DNA of 36,157 nucleotides from Bacteroidales bacterium. Lineage in GTDB: Bacteria > Bacteroidota > Bacteroidia > Bacteroidales > UBA7960. The stretch spans positions 1 through 36,157 of the forward strand of contig SKTA01000071.1 of NCBI GenBank assembly GCA_007122745.1. Reading direction: 5' to 3'. Both the position numbers and the translations under genes were made by a program. Shown piece by piece: positions 6,489 to 15,206 of this stretch. The notes under the pieces are model-generated. The model did not search any database, was not told the DNA's origin, and worked only from the letters and a program-made list of their open reading frames with translations. Position 1 is the stretch's first letter; every line of letters begins with the position of its first letter.

Positions 6489-8150
6489 TTACTGCTTCTT
6501 CACGGTTTTATCAGAAAAGTATCCCTCCATTTGCTGACGGAATTCAGCCATGGTCATGTCATACTTTGGTGTCATACTTTTCTTTTCCGGGAAATTTTCC
6601 ATGTGCAGTGTGCTGGTTGGGAATGCAAAGCGCACACCCAGTTGTTCAGCAAGACGAACGATCTCAATCAACACTTCATGACGCGTCTTTAGCTCTTCCG
6701 GCCAGGTTGGCACGGCAAAAAAGATATAAAACATGATCCTTAGGGAAAAGTCCCCCATCTCATTAAATTCAACGATATAGAAATCCTTGCGTGTTTTGGG
6801 ATGGTTATCCACAATTTTCCGCAAGCCATCAACGAAAACCTCAATCAGATCCGGAGGCGTGTCATACGTGATGGAGATATGCATGAAAAAGCGACGGAAT
6901 TCCCTGAGTCCGTGATTATCAATGCTCGAATCTGCAAGTATGCCGTTAGGAACATAGTGAAGGGAGTTTCTGAAAGTGCGGATCCGTGTTGAACGGAAGC
7001 CAACATCCTCGACTGTGCCGTCGATCTCGCGGCAGGTAATCCAGTGTCCGACTGAAAAAGGCTTGTCGATAAAGATCATCACTGATCCAAACAGGTTTTT
7101 GAGCGTGTCCTGGGCCGCCAAAGCCAAAGCCAATCCACCAATGGATAGCCCTGCAAGCAGCGCGGTGATGTTGATATTCAGGTTTTGCAGGATAAACAGA
7201 CCACCGATAATGACAACAAAAACCTTCAGCACTTTGCGCAGCAAAGGCACAATATGATTGTCCAGACTTGAATCGGACTTGCCGGCCAACTTTTCGAGAT
7301 ATAGTGCAAAGACATCTACCAGCTTGTAAAACATCAAAGTGGCAAAAAAGGGAAGGATCGCCTTGAAGGCAATTGTAAAATACCTGCTTACTTCAACGGG
7401 AAGTTGCAGTAAAGGAAACATCACCATCACAAACACAAAAACAATAAAAAGGCTTAACGGTCTGGCAACAGGCAGCAAATAAGGCCTTATAAGACTGTCG
7501 TAACCCATTTGTTTTGCCCCTTTGTATAATGCACGGTTAAGGAGAAATGTCAAAAGCTTGTGAATAAGAAAACTCAAAAGGATCAGTAAGAGAATGCCCA
7601 GATGTTGCCAGAGGTACAAACCGATAAAGGTGTGTGTTCCTGCCTGTGGCAATATATTAACCAAAAGGTCGGGGCCAAACGGGAACACCTCGCGGTGGAG
7701 GCGATCAATGGCAGCAATGCTCTTCTGGCTGTATAGCCAAAGGTTGTCTTGTTTTACCAGGTATATTTCAGGCAGATGATGCGTTGGTGTGTATTCCTGT
7801 CGATCGCTAACCGTGTCCACGTAATTTGCTTCCCGAGGCGCTTTGTCCAAATCAATGAAATATCCTTTTCCATCATAAACCTGTTTAAGCTTGATGGCAT
7901 ACTCTTCGGCCTCTTCAGGGGTTAGTCCGGGTTGGAAAAACGGCAACGCCGCATTCCCCGGTTCGTAGTCGGTGGGCTGAAGAAAATGCAAGTGGGTGCG
8001 CAAACTGTGATAGGGCGTGCTCACATCCGGACGGATCCCCTCCTCTGCAAATGGGCGATCTGTTGTTTGGTTTTCAGAAGATAAAACGGGTGAAAAACCA
8101 ATCATCAGACAGTAAACAATCAACAAAAATTGCTTTAAATGTTTTTTCAT
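6489..8150 (-). CDS. Mechanosensitive ion channel, MscS family (large form with an N-terminal periplasmic domain)
   Basis: LKNLFGSVMIFIDKPFSVGHWI...DGTVEDVGFRSTRIRTFRNSLHYVPNGILADSSIDNHG is a canonical MscS TM3/beta-domain signature. I place the start at the ATG at 8150 (MKKHLKQFLLIVYCLMIGFSPVLS signal-like N-terminus), not at the track start of 8201. Confidence 0.9.
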   Translation of the reverse strand: MKKHLKQFLLIVYCLMIGFSPVLSSENQTTDRPFAEEGIRPDVSTPYHSLRTHLHFLQPTDYEPGNAALPFFQPGLTPEEAEEYAIKLKQVYDGKGYFIDLDKAPREANYVDTVSDRQEYTPTHHLPEIYLVKQDNLWLYSQKSIAAIDRLHREVFPFGPDLLVNILPQAGTHTFIGLYLWQHLGILLLILLSFLIHKLLTFLLNRALYKGAKQMGYDSLIRPYLLPVARPLSLFIVFVFVMVMFPLLQLPVEVSRYFTIAFKAILPFFATLMFYKLVDVFALYLEKLAGKSDSSLDNHIVPLLRKVLKVFVVIIGGLFILQNLNINITALLAGLSIGGLALALAAQDTLKNLFGSVMIFIDKPFSVGHWITCREIDGTVEDVGFRSTRIRTFRNSLHYVPNGILADSSIDNHGLREFRRFFMHISITYDTPPDLIEVFVDGLRKIVDNHPKTRKDFYIVEFNEMGDFSLRIMFYIFFAVPTWPEELKTRHEVLIEIVRLAEQLGVRFAFPTSTLHMENFPEKKSMTPKYDMTMAEFRQQMEGYFSDKTVKKQ

Positions 8151-8202
8151 AACAAGACTTTTTTGATGTTGTCGTAAAAATACAGAATCCTGCAAGCACA
8201 TA

Positions 8203-8210
8203 CAAACATA
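8203..8210 (-). promoter_or_regulatory. Candidate -7 box TATGTTTG (minus strand) for the MscS gene
   Basis: The reverse complement of caaacata at 8203-8210 is an exact TAnnTTTG match. It lies about 50 nt upstream of the ATG at 8150 and downstream of the track's 8201 start, which supports the shorter gene model. Confidence 0.35.
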
Positions 8211-8228
8211 TTTTAAAAAGTTTTATCT

Positions 8229-11200
8229 TTGGATGAATTACAAAACCTGAAAAGCGTGGGAAAAGCTAAAAAGTTTGGTGCTTTTGGCGGCGTTTATGTT
8301 CCGTCTTTGTTATCTATTCTTGGAGTTATATTGTTTCTTCGCCTGCCGTGGATTGTGGGGATGGCAGGACTTTGGTCAACCCTTGGGATCATCCTTGTTG
8401 CCCATGTCATCTCCATCACGACCGGATTAAGCATTTCATCGCTTGCCACCGACAAACGGGTTGAGACCGGTGGGGCCTATTTCATCATATCACGCAGCCT
8501 TGGTCTTCCGATTGGCGGAACACTGGGACTGGCACTTTTTGTTGGTTTTTCCTTTAGCATCAGCTTGTACCTGATTGGTTTTGCTGAAACCTTTCTCTCA
8601 TACTTTGGCTTCGAACAAAGTCTATACACCATCAGGATCACCGGTTCAGTAATATTGTTGCTGGTAACAATTGTAACCTTTATAAGCACGTCTTTTGCAA
8701 TAAGGGTTCAATACCTGATTCTGGCAATTTTAGCGCTGTCTTTATTGTCAGTATTTGCCGGAAGCCATGGCCTTCATCCTGTTGATTCACTGGTAAGACC
8801 AATGGAAGGAGCGATGCCATGGATTGTGTTGTTTGCCATATTTTTTCCGGCGGTTACAGGTTTCAACACCGGTGTATCGATGTCGGGTGACCTGAAAAAC
8901 CCACAAAATGCCATTCCTGTTGGCACAATCCTGGCCATTTTAACCGGTTTGGTTGTTTATGTTGGGCTGGCAGTATTCTTATTTTATACCGTTGACAGAA
9001 ACCTGTTGGTTAATGACCCCAATGTGTTGTTTGCGATCTCCTGGGTTCCGCAACTGGTTGTTGCAGGAATTTTTGCTGCCACATTATCATCGGCACTTGG
9101 CAGCATTATGGGAGCGCCAAGGATACTCAGGGCGGTAGCCATTGACCGGATCCTGCCCGGCTTTTTTTCGCGCGGATACGGATCTGCTGACGAGCCACGC
9201 AACGCCCTCATTTTAACCTACCTGATTGCACAGGCTGGGATACTCATAGGGGAATTGAACGTCATAGCCCGCATTGTAACGATTTTCTTTATCATCACTT
9301 ACGGTTTTCTGAACATTACCTATGTTGCGGAAAGCTGGGCCAGCAGCGATTTTCGACCAACATTCAGAATTCCCCGTTTCGTTGGTATCATAGGCGCCAT
9401 GGCAAGCATCGTGGTCATGATACAGCTTGATGTTTTGGCGCTTATTGTTGCCTCTGTTTTGCTTATAATACTGTTCCTTTACCTGAAGCGGAAAGAGCTT
9501 TCATTGCAAAGCGGAGATACCTGGACCGGCATCTGGTCATCACTCGTGAAAACCGGTTTGGGGAGGCTGAACAAAAGTACCCGGATGGCACGCAACTGGC
9601 GTCCGAATGTGATGCTGTTCAGTGGTGGAGAAAAACACAGACCACACCTTATAGAGATGGGTAAGTCGCTGGTGGGAAAGTTAGGTGTGTTTACCAACTT
9701 TGAACTGACAGAGCAGCCTTCCGGGGAGATCCTGTTTGGTCTAAAAGAAGTGCCAAGGCTTGCAGAAAGAAGGCAAGACCAGGGTGTTTTCACGCGAAAA
9801 CATACCTGTCGTGATATATATGAAGGGATTGATGTGATATCCAGGGTTTATGGGTTTACCGGATTTGAACCCAATACGATTCTTATGGGATGGGGAAGAA
9901 ATACCAGGAACCCGGAGAAGTTTGTCAAGCTATTGAACAACCTGAAACGTCAGGATTATAACAACTTGTTTCTAAGCTATGATAAAGATAAGGGGTTTGG
10001 TAAGAAACGACAGATCGATTTTTGGTGGAGCGGCAAAGGGAGATCACTCTCGCTGGTGCTCTCCTTGATGAAGTTTCTTACTTCAGGGAATGTATGGAGA
10101 GCTGCCAGCTTCCGGATTTTTGTGGTTCACTCCGATAGTTCAAAAACAGACCCACTCTACAGCCTTATCAACCAACTTCTGGACAACCACAGGCTGAAGG
10201 CCGATGTCAAAGTCATTAACAATGCCGTCGAACAGCTTCCCGCGGAAAAGATCATCCGCGCCGAATCACGGGAGTCCGATCTTTGTATCATAGAGCTGCC
10301 GGAGTTTAACTCCAAAGATCCTGAAGAGGTTTTACAAAAGGCAAACCTGCTTATTGACAGTGTGACGACTGCCCTTCTTGTTTCTGCATCCACCTTCTTT
10401 GATGAAATAAATATCATTGATGAAAAACACCCCCCTGAACCGGAGGAAGGGTTCGAAGTAAAAGAGCGCGCCACTTTCGATGTGGTCAGTTATCTTCAGC
10501 CATCATCAAGGGAGATCATCACGAATGAGGTGGTCAATATTGCACAGACAGCCGGTAAGTTTGCCCTGAAATATTATGAAAAAGGTCCGGAAAGAATTCA
10601 CAGGCTCGATTTACGCTTCTTTCCTGAGCTGCTAAACTTCACCCTGAAGACCATTGACACATTGCAGCGTTCAGTGAGTAGTTCGAAAAGTGCTGACCGC
10701 GATAAAAACTTCCTCGTCATTCTGAATGACTTTTCCTTTCACTCCCAGCGGCATATCCACATGTTGCGCGAACAAAGGGTGCAGACCATTCAGCAACACC
10801 TTGAAGAGGCGAATGCGAGCTATCTTGATGAACTTCGTGCAATGATCAACGTGATGCCGGAGTACATCAGGATCAAACTTTCGGGGAAGGAATTTGCCAT
10901 TAAGGAACACGACCGTTTCAGAACCCGCTTTTATAAAACAAGAAAAAGACTGTTGTCTGCCATTTTAAGAAGGCCTGTAACACACAAAATCCGCGTAACA
11001 CCTTCAGCCCGATACTTTTTATACCACAAGCGAATTCAGCTTATTCATGAGCTGATGGTTGATTTTGCGCTGCATTCCTTCATGGAGGTGGTTGAAGTGG
11101 GCAAACTTTTCAATGCCATCCACGAACTTATAGAAAAGGTTAGACTGGAAGGGAATAACAAGGCGAAAGGGCTTGAAATGATCAAGCTTGAACGGAATCG

Positions 11201-13409
11201 TCTTGCTGCCAAAGTGGATGTCATGGAGCAAGGCAACAGAAACTTTTACTTACAAGCAGGGCAAAAGATGCACGAAGCGCTTTTGAATGACATTCAAGAG
11301 TTTAGCCACAACCTGGAAAGTACCGGGGCCAACATTTTAAGCCGCAATTTTTATCCATATTTCAAAAAAGACCCTGCCATCGTTGCAGAAATTGAGCGTT
11401 TTGCAGCTGTTTGGTCAAAAAACCTTTCCCTTTTTATCAATAAAGCGATTATTGATTATTACATACTTTCGATCAAAAGCCGCATCCAATCCAAAATAAA
11501 AAAATACAATTACGAATTTCAGCTACTCCTGAATAGTGAGCTGATCCGTCATCTTGATGATTTTGAGCGCCTTGTTCAGCAGCTGCTTGCAGATAAAGAG
11601 GCTGGACTTTCCAAAACACCCCGTTTGGAGCATGAACACCTGAAAGCGATTCCCGTTGCCGAAGTATATAATGAACTTTATTCTGAGATAGGAGAGTTGC
11701 TGAATGATATTCCCGATAAAATGGAGGTAACCGCTGAACAATTGGGGGAAAAGTTTAAAGAAACCGCTTTCACTGAGGCTGAACGCTTGATGGTCAGCTT
11801 AAGAAAAACTGTTGAGTATTATGTCAGCACAGAGCTCATCGATTTCAGCAACAAGAAATGTCTGGACATCGAACAGGAATTAAAACAGCATCTTGTTTCT
11901 GTAAAGGACATGGTGCGTTTGCTAAACTTCAGTCTGGACAACCGGGGCAAGGATGATGCGGCTGCTGAACAGGCCGACCGTGACCGTCAGGCCCTGGTTT
12001 TGATCCAATCATTTATGGACAAGCTGGTGTTTGAAAGGCAGCAAATTCTACAACTTGCAGAAAGTGTTGAAAGGGCATTTGCTACCGGGCTGAAGCAAAG
12101 CTTTGACCCGCTGTCCTCCGCTACAATCAATAAAACAAGCCTTGCCGTGAGGAAGAAGTCAAGGGAGGCTGAACAGTCAGAATTTTCCGGTAGTCTGCAA
12201 CGCCAGTGGCAACGTCTCAGAGAAATAACCCGCGATCGTTTTGTGGATCTTTTATACAGTAAAAGCGAAGGGCAGCTATGGATCAGCCATTTTGAGCAAC
12301 CAGAGGTCACATTGAATAACTCCAATAGGGATATTCTGGCTTTTGCCGAGACCATTACGCCAGACCCGACGATCATAAAAGAATTACCATTCTATTACAC
12401 TTCACTTTTTTCCGGACAGTCCGGAACAGGTGATGATTTTTGGGTTGGAATGAATGCAGAGATTCAGGCCTGTGTGCAGGCAATCCAGCGGTTTAAGGCA
12501 GGCTTTCCAGGGGCATTGCTTATCACCGGCGCCCGCACCTCCGGAAAGTCAAGCCTTTCAAAAAAAGTGGCGGAACGCTTTTTCAGCATGGAGCATATTC
12601 ACTCCGTTCAGGCACCCCAGGATTGTTCTGCTGATGCTGATCTGTTTGTGCTTAAACTACTTGACTCATTGAATGCGAGAAACAAACGGATAGAGGATGT
12701 GTTCAGGGCGATGCCTGCCGGGAAAGTGATCATTATTCATGATCTGGGACTGTGGTGGGAACGTCGTCCCGGTGGTAACCTGGTGGTGGAAACAATCCTG
12801 AATCTGATTGACCGTTATGGACATAAGTGCCTGTTCATTATCAATGTGAACGCTTATGCATTCAACCTGATTGACAAACAAACAAGGCTAAGCAGTTATG
12901 CGCTGGCAACTGTGCAATGTGAACCTTTTGACGCCAGGGAGCTAAAAGAGATGATCATGCTCAGACATCAGGCAGGCGGACTGAAGTTTCAAATTCACAA
13001 AAAAGAGGAGAGCCGTATGACGGCATGGGACTTTGCCCGCCTTTTCAACCGGCTCTTTGATCAATCGAACGGCAATCCCGGACTGGCAGCCAGACTCTGG
13101 CTCTCTTCCATCAAAAAGGTTTCAGGAAAAACCATTGTGTTGGATTCTTTTAAATTACCTGATAAAAAGGTTTTTGATGCGCTCACCCCCGGACAATGGT
13201 TTTACATCCAACAGTTTTTATACAATCGGCGATTCACAGTTGGTAAGCTGGCAAAAAACCTTGAGCGAACAGAGGCTGATGTGAACAGGGATATTCGTGA
13301 ACTTATGCGCACCGGTATTTTTGTTGAAAGGTTTGAGGGTGTTTTTGCCATAAGGTCGGGGTTGGACCTTTATCTTGCAGAACAATTAAAAAATAAAAAG
13401 AGATTATGA
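8229..13409 (+). CDS. Giant fusion protein: SLC12/cation-chloride-cotransporter-like APC permease, SLC12-type cytosolic C-terminal domain, about 650 aa of helical region, then a STAND/ORC-like P-loop ATPase with a winged-helix tail
   Basis: Uninterrupted 5,181-nt ORF. The N-terminus KFGAFGGVYVPSLLSILGVILFLRLPWIVG and roughly a dozen hydrophobic segments span aa 1-420. NWRPNVMLFSGG, FEPNTILMGWG, DFWWSGKGRSLSL and CIIELPEF fall in aa ~455-725. Walker A is GARTSGKS (aa 1434-1441). Walker-B-like is KVIIIHDLG. A GxP-like NGNPGLAARLW follows. The C-terminal wHTH-like segment is FTVGKLAKNLERTEADVNRDIRELMRTGIF. The start is uncertain, either TTG 8229 or GTG 8256. A TATCTTTG -7-like box at 8224-8231 favours 8256. 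Confidence 0.85.
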   Translation: MDELQNLKSVGKAKKFGAFGGVYVPSLLSILGVILFLRLPWIVGMAGLWSTLGIILVAHVISITTGLSISSLATDKRVETGGAYFIISRSLGLPIGGTLGLALFVGFSFSISLYLIGFAETFLSYFGFEQSLYTIRITGSVILLLVTIVTFISTSFAIRVQYLILAILALSLLSVFAGSHGLHPVDSLVRPMEGAMPWIVLFAIFFPAVTGFNTGVSMSGDLKNPQNAIPVGTILAILTGLVVYVGLAVFLFYTVDRNLLVNDPNVLFAISWVPQLVVAGIFAATLSSALGSIMGAPRILRAVAIDRILPGFFSRGYGSADEPRNALILTYLIAQAGILIGELNVIARIVTIFFIITYGFLNITYVAESWASSDFRPTFRIPRFVGIIGAMASIVVMIQLDVLALIVASVLLIILFLYLKRKELSLQSGDTWTGIWSSLVKTGLGRLNKSTRMARNWRPNVMLFSGGEKHRPHLIEMGKSLVGKLGVFTNFELTEQPSGEILFGLKEVPRLAERRQDQGVFTRKHTCRDIYEGIDVISRVYGFTGFEPNTILMGWGRNTRNPEKFVKLLNNLKRQDYNNLFLSYDKDKGFGKKRQIDFWWSGKGRSLSLVLSLMKFLTSGNVWRAASFRIFVVHSDSSKTDPLYSLINQLLDNHRLKADVKVINNAVEQLPAEKIIRAESRESDLCIIELPEFNSKDPEEVLQKANLLIDSVTTALLVSASTFFDEINIIDEKHPPEPEEGFEVKERATFDVVSYLQPSSREIITNEVVNIAQTAGKFALKYYEKGPERIHRLDLRFFPELLNFTLKTIDTLQRSVSSSKSADRDKNFLVILNDFSFHSQRHIHMLREQRVQTIQQHLEEANASYLDELRAMINVMPEYIRIKLSGKEFAIKEHDRFRTRFYKTRKRLLSAILRRPVTHKIRVTPSARYFLYHKRIQLIHELMVDFALHSFMEVVEVGKLFNAIHELIEKVRLEGNNKAKGLEMIKLERNRLAAKVDVMEQGNRNFYLQAGQKMHEALLNDIQEFSHNLESTGANILSRNFYPYFKKDPAIVAEIERFAAVWSKNLSLFINKAIIDYYILSIKSRIQSKIKKYNYEFQLLLNSELIRHLDDFERLVQQLLADKEAGLSKTPRLEHEHLKAIPVAEVYNELYSEIGELLNDIPDKMEVTAEQLGEKFKETAFTEAERLMVSLRKTVEYYVSTELIDFSNKKCLDIEQELKQHLVSVKDMVRLLNFSLDNRGKDDAAAEQADRDRQALVLIQSFMDKLVFERQQILQLAESVERAFATGLKQSFDPLSSATINKTSLAVRKKSREAEQSEFSGSLQRQWQRLREITRDRFVDLLYSKSEGQLWISHFEQPEVTLNNSNRDILAFAETITPDPTIIKELPFYYTSLFSGQSGTGDDFWVGMNAEIQACVQAIQRFKAGFPGALLITGARTSGKSSLSKKVAERFFSMEHIHSVQAPQDCSADADLFVLKLLDSLNARNKRIEDVFRAMPAGKVIIIHDLGLWWERRPGGNLVVETILNLIDRYGHKCLFIINVNAYAFNLIDKQTRLSSYALATVQCEPFDARELKEMIMLRHQAGGLKFQIHKKEESRMTAWDFARLFNRLFDQSNGNPGLAARLWLSSIKKVSGKTIVLDSFKLPDKKVFDALTPGQWFYIQQFLYNRRFTVGKLAKNLERTEADVNRDIRELMRTGIFVERFEGVFAIRSGLDLYLAEQLKNKKRL
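12528..12551 (+). other. Walker A / P-loop (GARTSGKS) of the C-terminal ATPase module
   Basis: The codons ggc gcc cgc acc tcc gga aag tca are in frame with the 8229 ORF (aa 1434-1441) and match GxxxxGK[ST]. Confidence 0.8.
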
Positions 13410-14119
13410 ACCTGTTGATCTTTACCATAACCGGCCTTTTGTTATTGCTGCTTTTCCGGGTACTGAACCGGATCACCAAAGCCTTCATTAGAAAACGGCA
13501 ATTGCGTAGCGTGTTACTGCGAACATTGCCCGTGATCGAACTTGTAGCATGGGTCGCCTTTTTATTCTGGGGTGTATTGGTCCTTTTTGGACAACACCAG
13601 TATTATGACCTGATTGTTGTATTGCTGGCAGTATTGGTTATATTAGGACTGGCGTGGTTTGTGTTTCGTGATTTCCTTGCCGGCGTCCTGTTGAAGTCTG
13701 AAAAAGCATTGCATCCCGGACAGGTCATTAAAACGCCAATCGTTGAAGGGAAGATCAAATCGATGGGATTCCGAAACATAGAACTTATAAATGAAGCCGG
13801 TGAAACTGTCAATATTCCATATTCCAGACTCAGTGATCAGCTTTTCATAATTCCTCCCGATAATGAAGACAGCCTGCCTCATCAGGCAAAGATCACACTT
13901 GAACCCAAACAGGCGACAGAACAAACCAAAGAGAGGGTTTATAAATACCTTATGGCAATGCCATGGGTGATCAGCCCGGCGCCTGGTATACAGATCATAA
14001 AGAACAATGAAGGTCATCATATGATGCATGTTACCTTTTATACTTACATGCGTACACATGCGCTGATTGTTGAGGAAAAGATAAGGACATTTCTGAAGGA
14101 GGACGCCGGAGTTCAATAA
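13406..14119 (+). CDS. Minimal MscS-like mechanosensitive channel protein (3 TM segments, beta domain and C-terminal alpha/beta domain)
   Basis: 237 aa with three N-terminal hydrophobic helices. RDFLAGVLLKSEKALHPGQVIKTPIVEGKIKSMGFRNIELINEAGETVNIPYSRLSDQLFI fits the MscS TM3/beta-domain pattern (..G....e.p...Gd.I.....G.V..i..r.t.l....G..v.iPNs.l). Its ATG overlaps the upstream stop as ATGA at 13406-13409. Confidence 0.7.
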   Translation: MNLLIFTITGLLLLLLFRVLNRITKAFIRKRQLRSVLLRTLPVIELVAWVAFLFWGVLVLFGQHQYYDLIVVLLAVLVILGLAWFVFRDFLAGVLLKSEKALHPGQVIKTPIVEGKIKSMGFRNIELINEAGETVNIPYSRLSDQLFIIPPDNEDSLPHQAKITLEPKQATEQTKERVYKYLMAMPWVISPAPGIQIIKNNEGHHMMHVTFYTYMRTHALIVEEKIRTFLKEDAGVQ

Positions 14120-14130
14120 AGCACTTCTGT

Positions 14131-15105
14131 TTAACTATTTCTGTTAACGGTGAACTCAATGAGCTGTTCGAGAGAGTGGCGGCCCGGACTTTCCGGTAGT
14201 TCGAGGAGCAAACGCAAGGCCTCTGACTTAAAGGCGTTCATCCGTTCGGTGGCATATTCAATTCCCCCTTTGTCATAAACCATTTCGATAAGGGAAGCTA
14301 CTTTCTGATCATTATGACTGTGGCTTTTGACGCTATTAATGATCCTGCGCCTTTCAATGTAGGATGAATTGTTGATCAGGTATATCAGGGGAAGTGTCAT
14401 TTTTCGCTCTTTGATGTCGGTGCCCGTGGGTTTCCCTTTGGTGGAGCCTGCATCAAAATCAAGAATATCATCTTTGATCTGGAAGGCAATTCCTGCCTGT
14501 TCACCAATTAGGTGCATTTTTTTGATCTCCTCAGGGGATGCTCCGGTTGATGCAGCACCACACGACAGACATGAGGAGATCAGAGATGCGGTTTTTTTGC
14601 GAATGATCTCCAGATAAACATCTTCGCCAATATCAAGGCTGCGTGCCTTTTCTATCTGCATCAGCTCCCCTTCACTCATTTCGCGGACAGACTCGGTAAC
14701 GATCTGAAGCAGATCAAAATCATTATGATCCAGACTGAGCAATAGTCCCCTGGAGAGCAGGTAATCACCAACAAGAACTGAAATTTTGTTTTTCCACAAT
14801 GCATTCAGAGAAAAGAAACCCCTGCGTTCATTGGAATCGTCAACCACATCGTCGTGGATCAGCGTTGCGGTATGCAGCAATTCAATAAGTGTAGCAGCAC
14901 GATAAGTGCGCTCAGATATCTCACCGAAAATTCCTGCTGAAAAAAAGACATACAGCGGTCGTATTTGCTTTCCCTTACGCTTTACAATGTATCGGGTGAT
15001 CTTGTCAAGCAGTCCAACCTCACTTTTCAAAGACGCTTTAAATCGTGCTTCAAAGTTTTTAATGTGTGCTTCAACCGGCTCTTTTATTTGTTTCAGTGTG
15101 GTCAT
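14131..15105 (-). CDS. ispB: Long-chain polyprenyl diphosphate synthase (octaprenyl/solanesyl type)
   Basis: 324 aa with a first Asp-rich motif LIHDDVVDDSNERRG and a second, FQIKDDILDF. A small residue (Ala) at position -5 from the first DDxxD is typical of long-chain enzymes. Confidence 0.88.
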   Translation of the reverse strand: MTTLKQIKEPVEAHIKNFEARFKASLKSEVGLLDKITRYIVKRKGKQIRPLYVFFSAGIFGEISERTYRAATLIELLHTATLIHDDVVDDSNERRGFFSLNALWKNKISVLVGDYLLSRGLLLSLDHNDFDLLQIVTESVREMSEGELMQIEKARSLDIGEDVYLEIIRKKTASLISSCLSCGAASTGASPEEIKKMHLIGEQAGIAFQIKDDILDFDAGSTKGKPTGTDIKERKMTLPLIYLINNSSYIERRRIINSVKSHSHNDQKVASLIEMVYDKGGIEYATERMNAFKSEALRLLLELPESPGRHSLEQLIEFTVNRNS

Positions 15106-15123
15106 ATGCGAATGGTTCCTGCT

Positions 15124-15131
15124 GCAAACTT
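15124..15131 (-). promoter_or_regulatory. Candidate -7 box TAAGTTTG (minus strand) for ispB
   Basis: The reverse complement of caaactta is an exact TAnnTTTG match about 18 nt upstream of the ATG at 15105. Confidence 0.3.
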
Positions 15132-15206
15132 AGTTGTTCTTGCTTACATAATAAAACAAACTGTTATGCTTTTTGTTGCAATCACCCCGAAACAAGTTAT
15201 CTTTTC

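Noticed and set aside
8151-8201. 17-codon N-terminal extension of the MscS gene (track start at 8201)
   Set aside because: The extension (MCLQDSVFLRQHQKSLV) precedes a typical signal-like MKKHLKQFLL. It also lies upstream of a candidate -7 box at 8203-8210, so the ATG at 8150 is the more plausible start.
13643-14116. 157-aa minus-strand ORF opposite the mini-MscS gene
   Set aside because: It is fully antisense to an ORF that has an MscS motif and an ATGA-coupled start. Nothing in its translation is recognisable.
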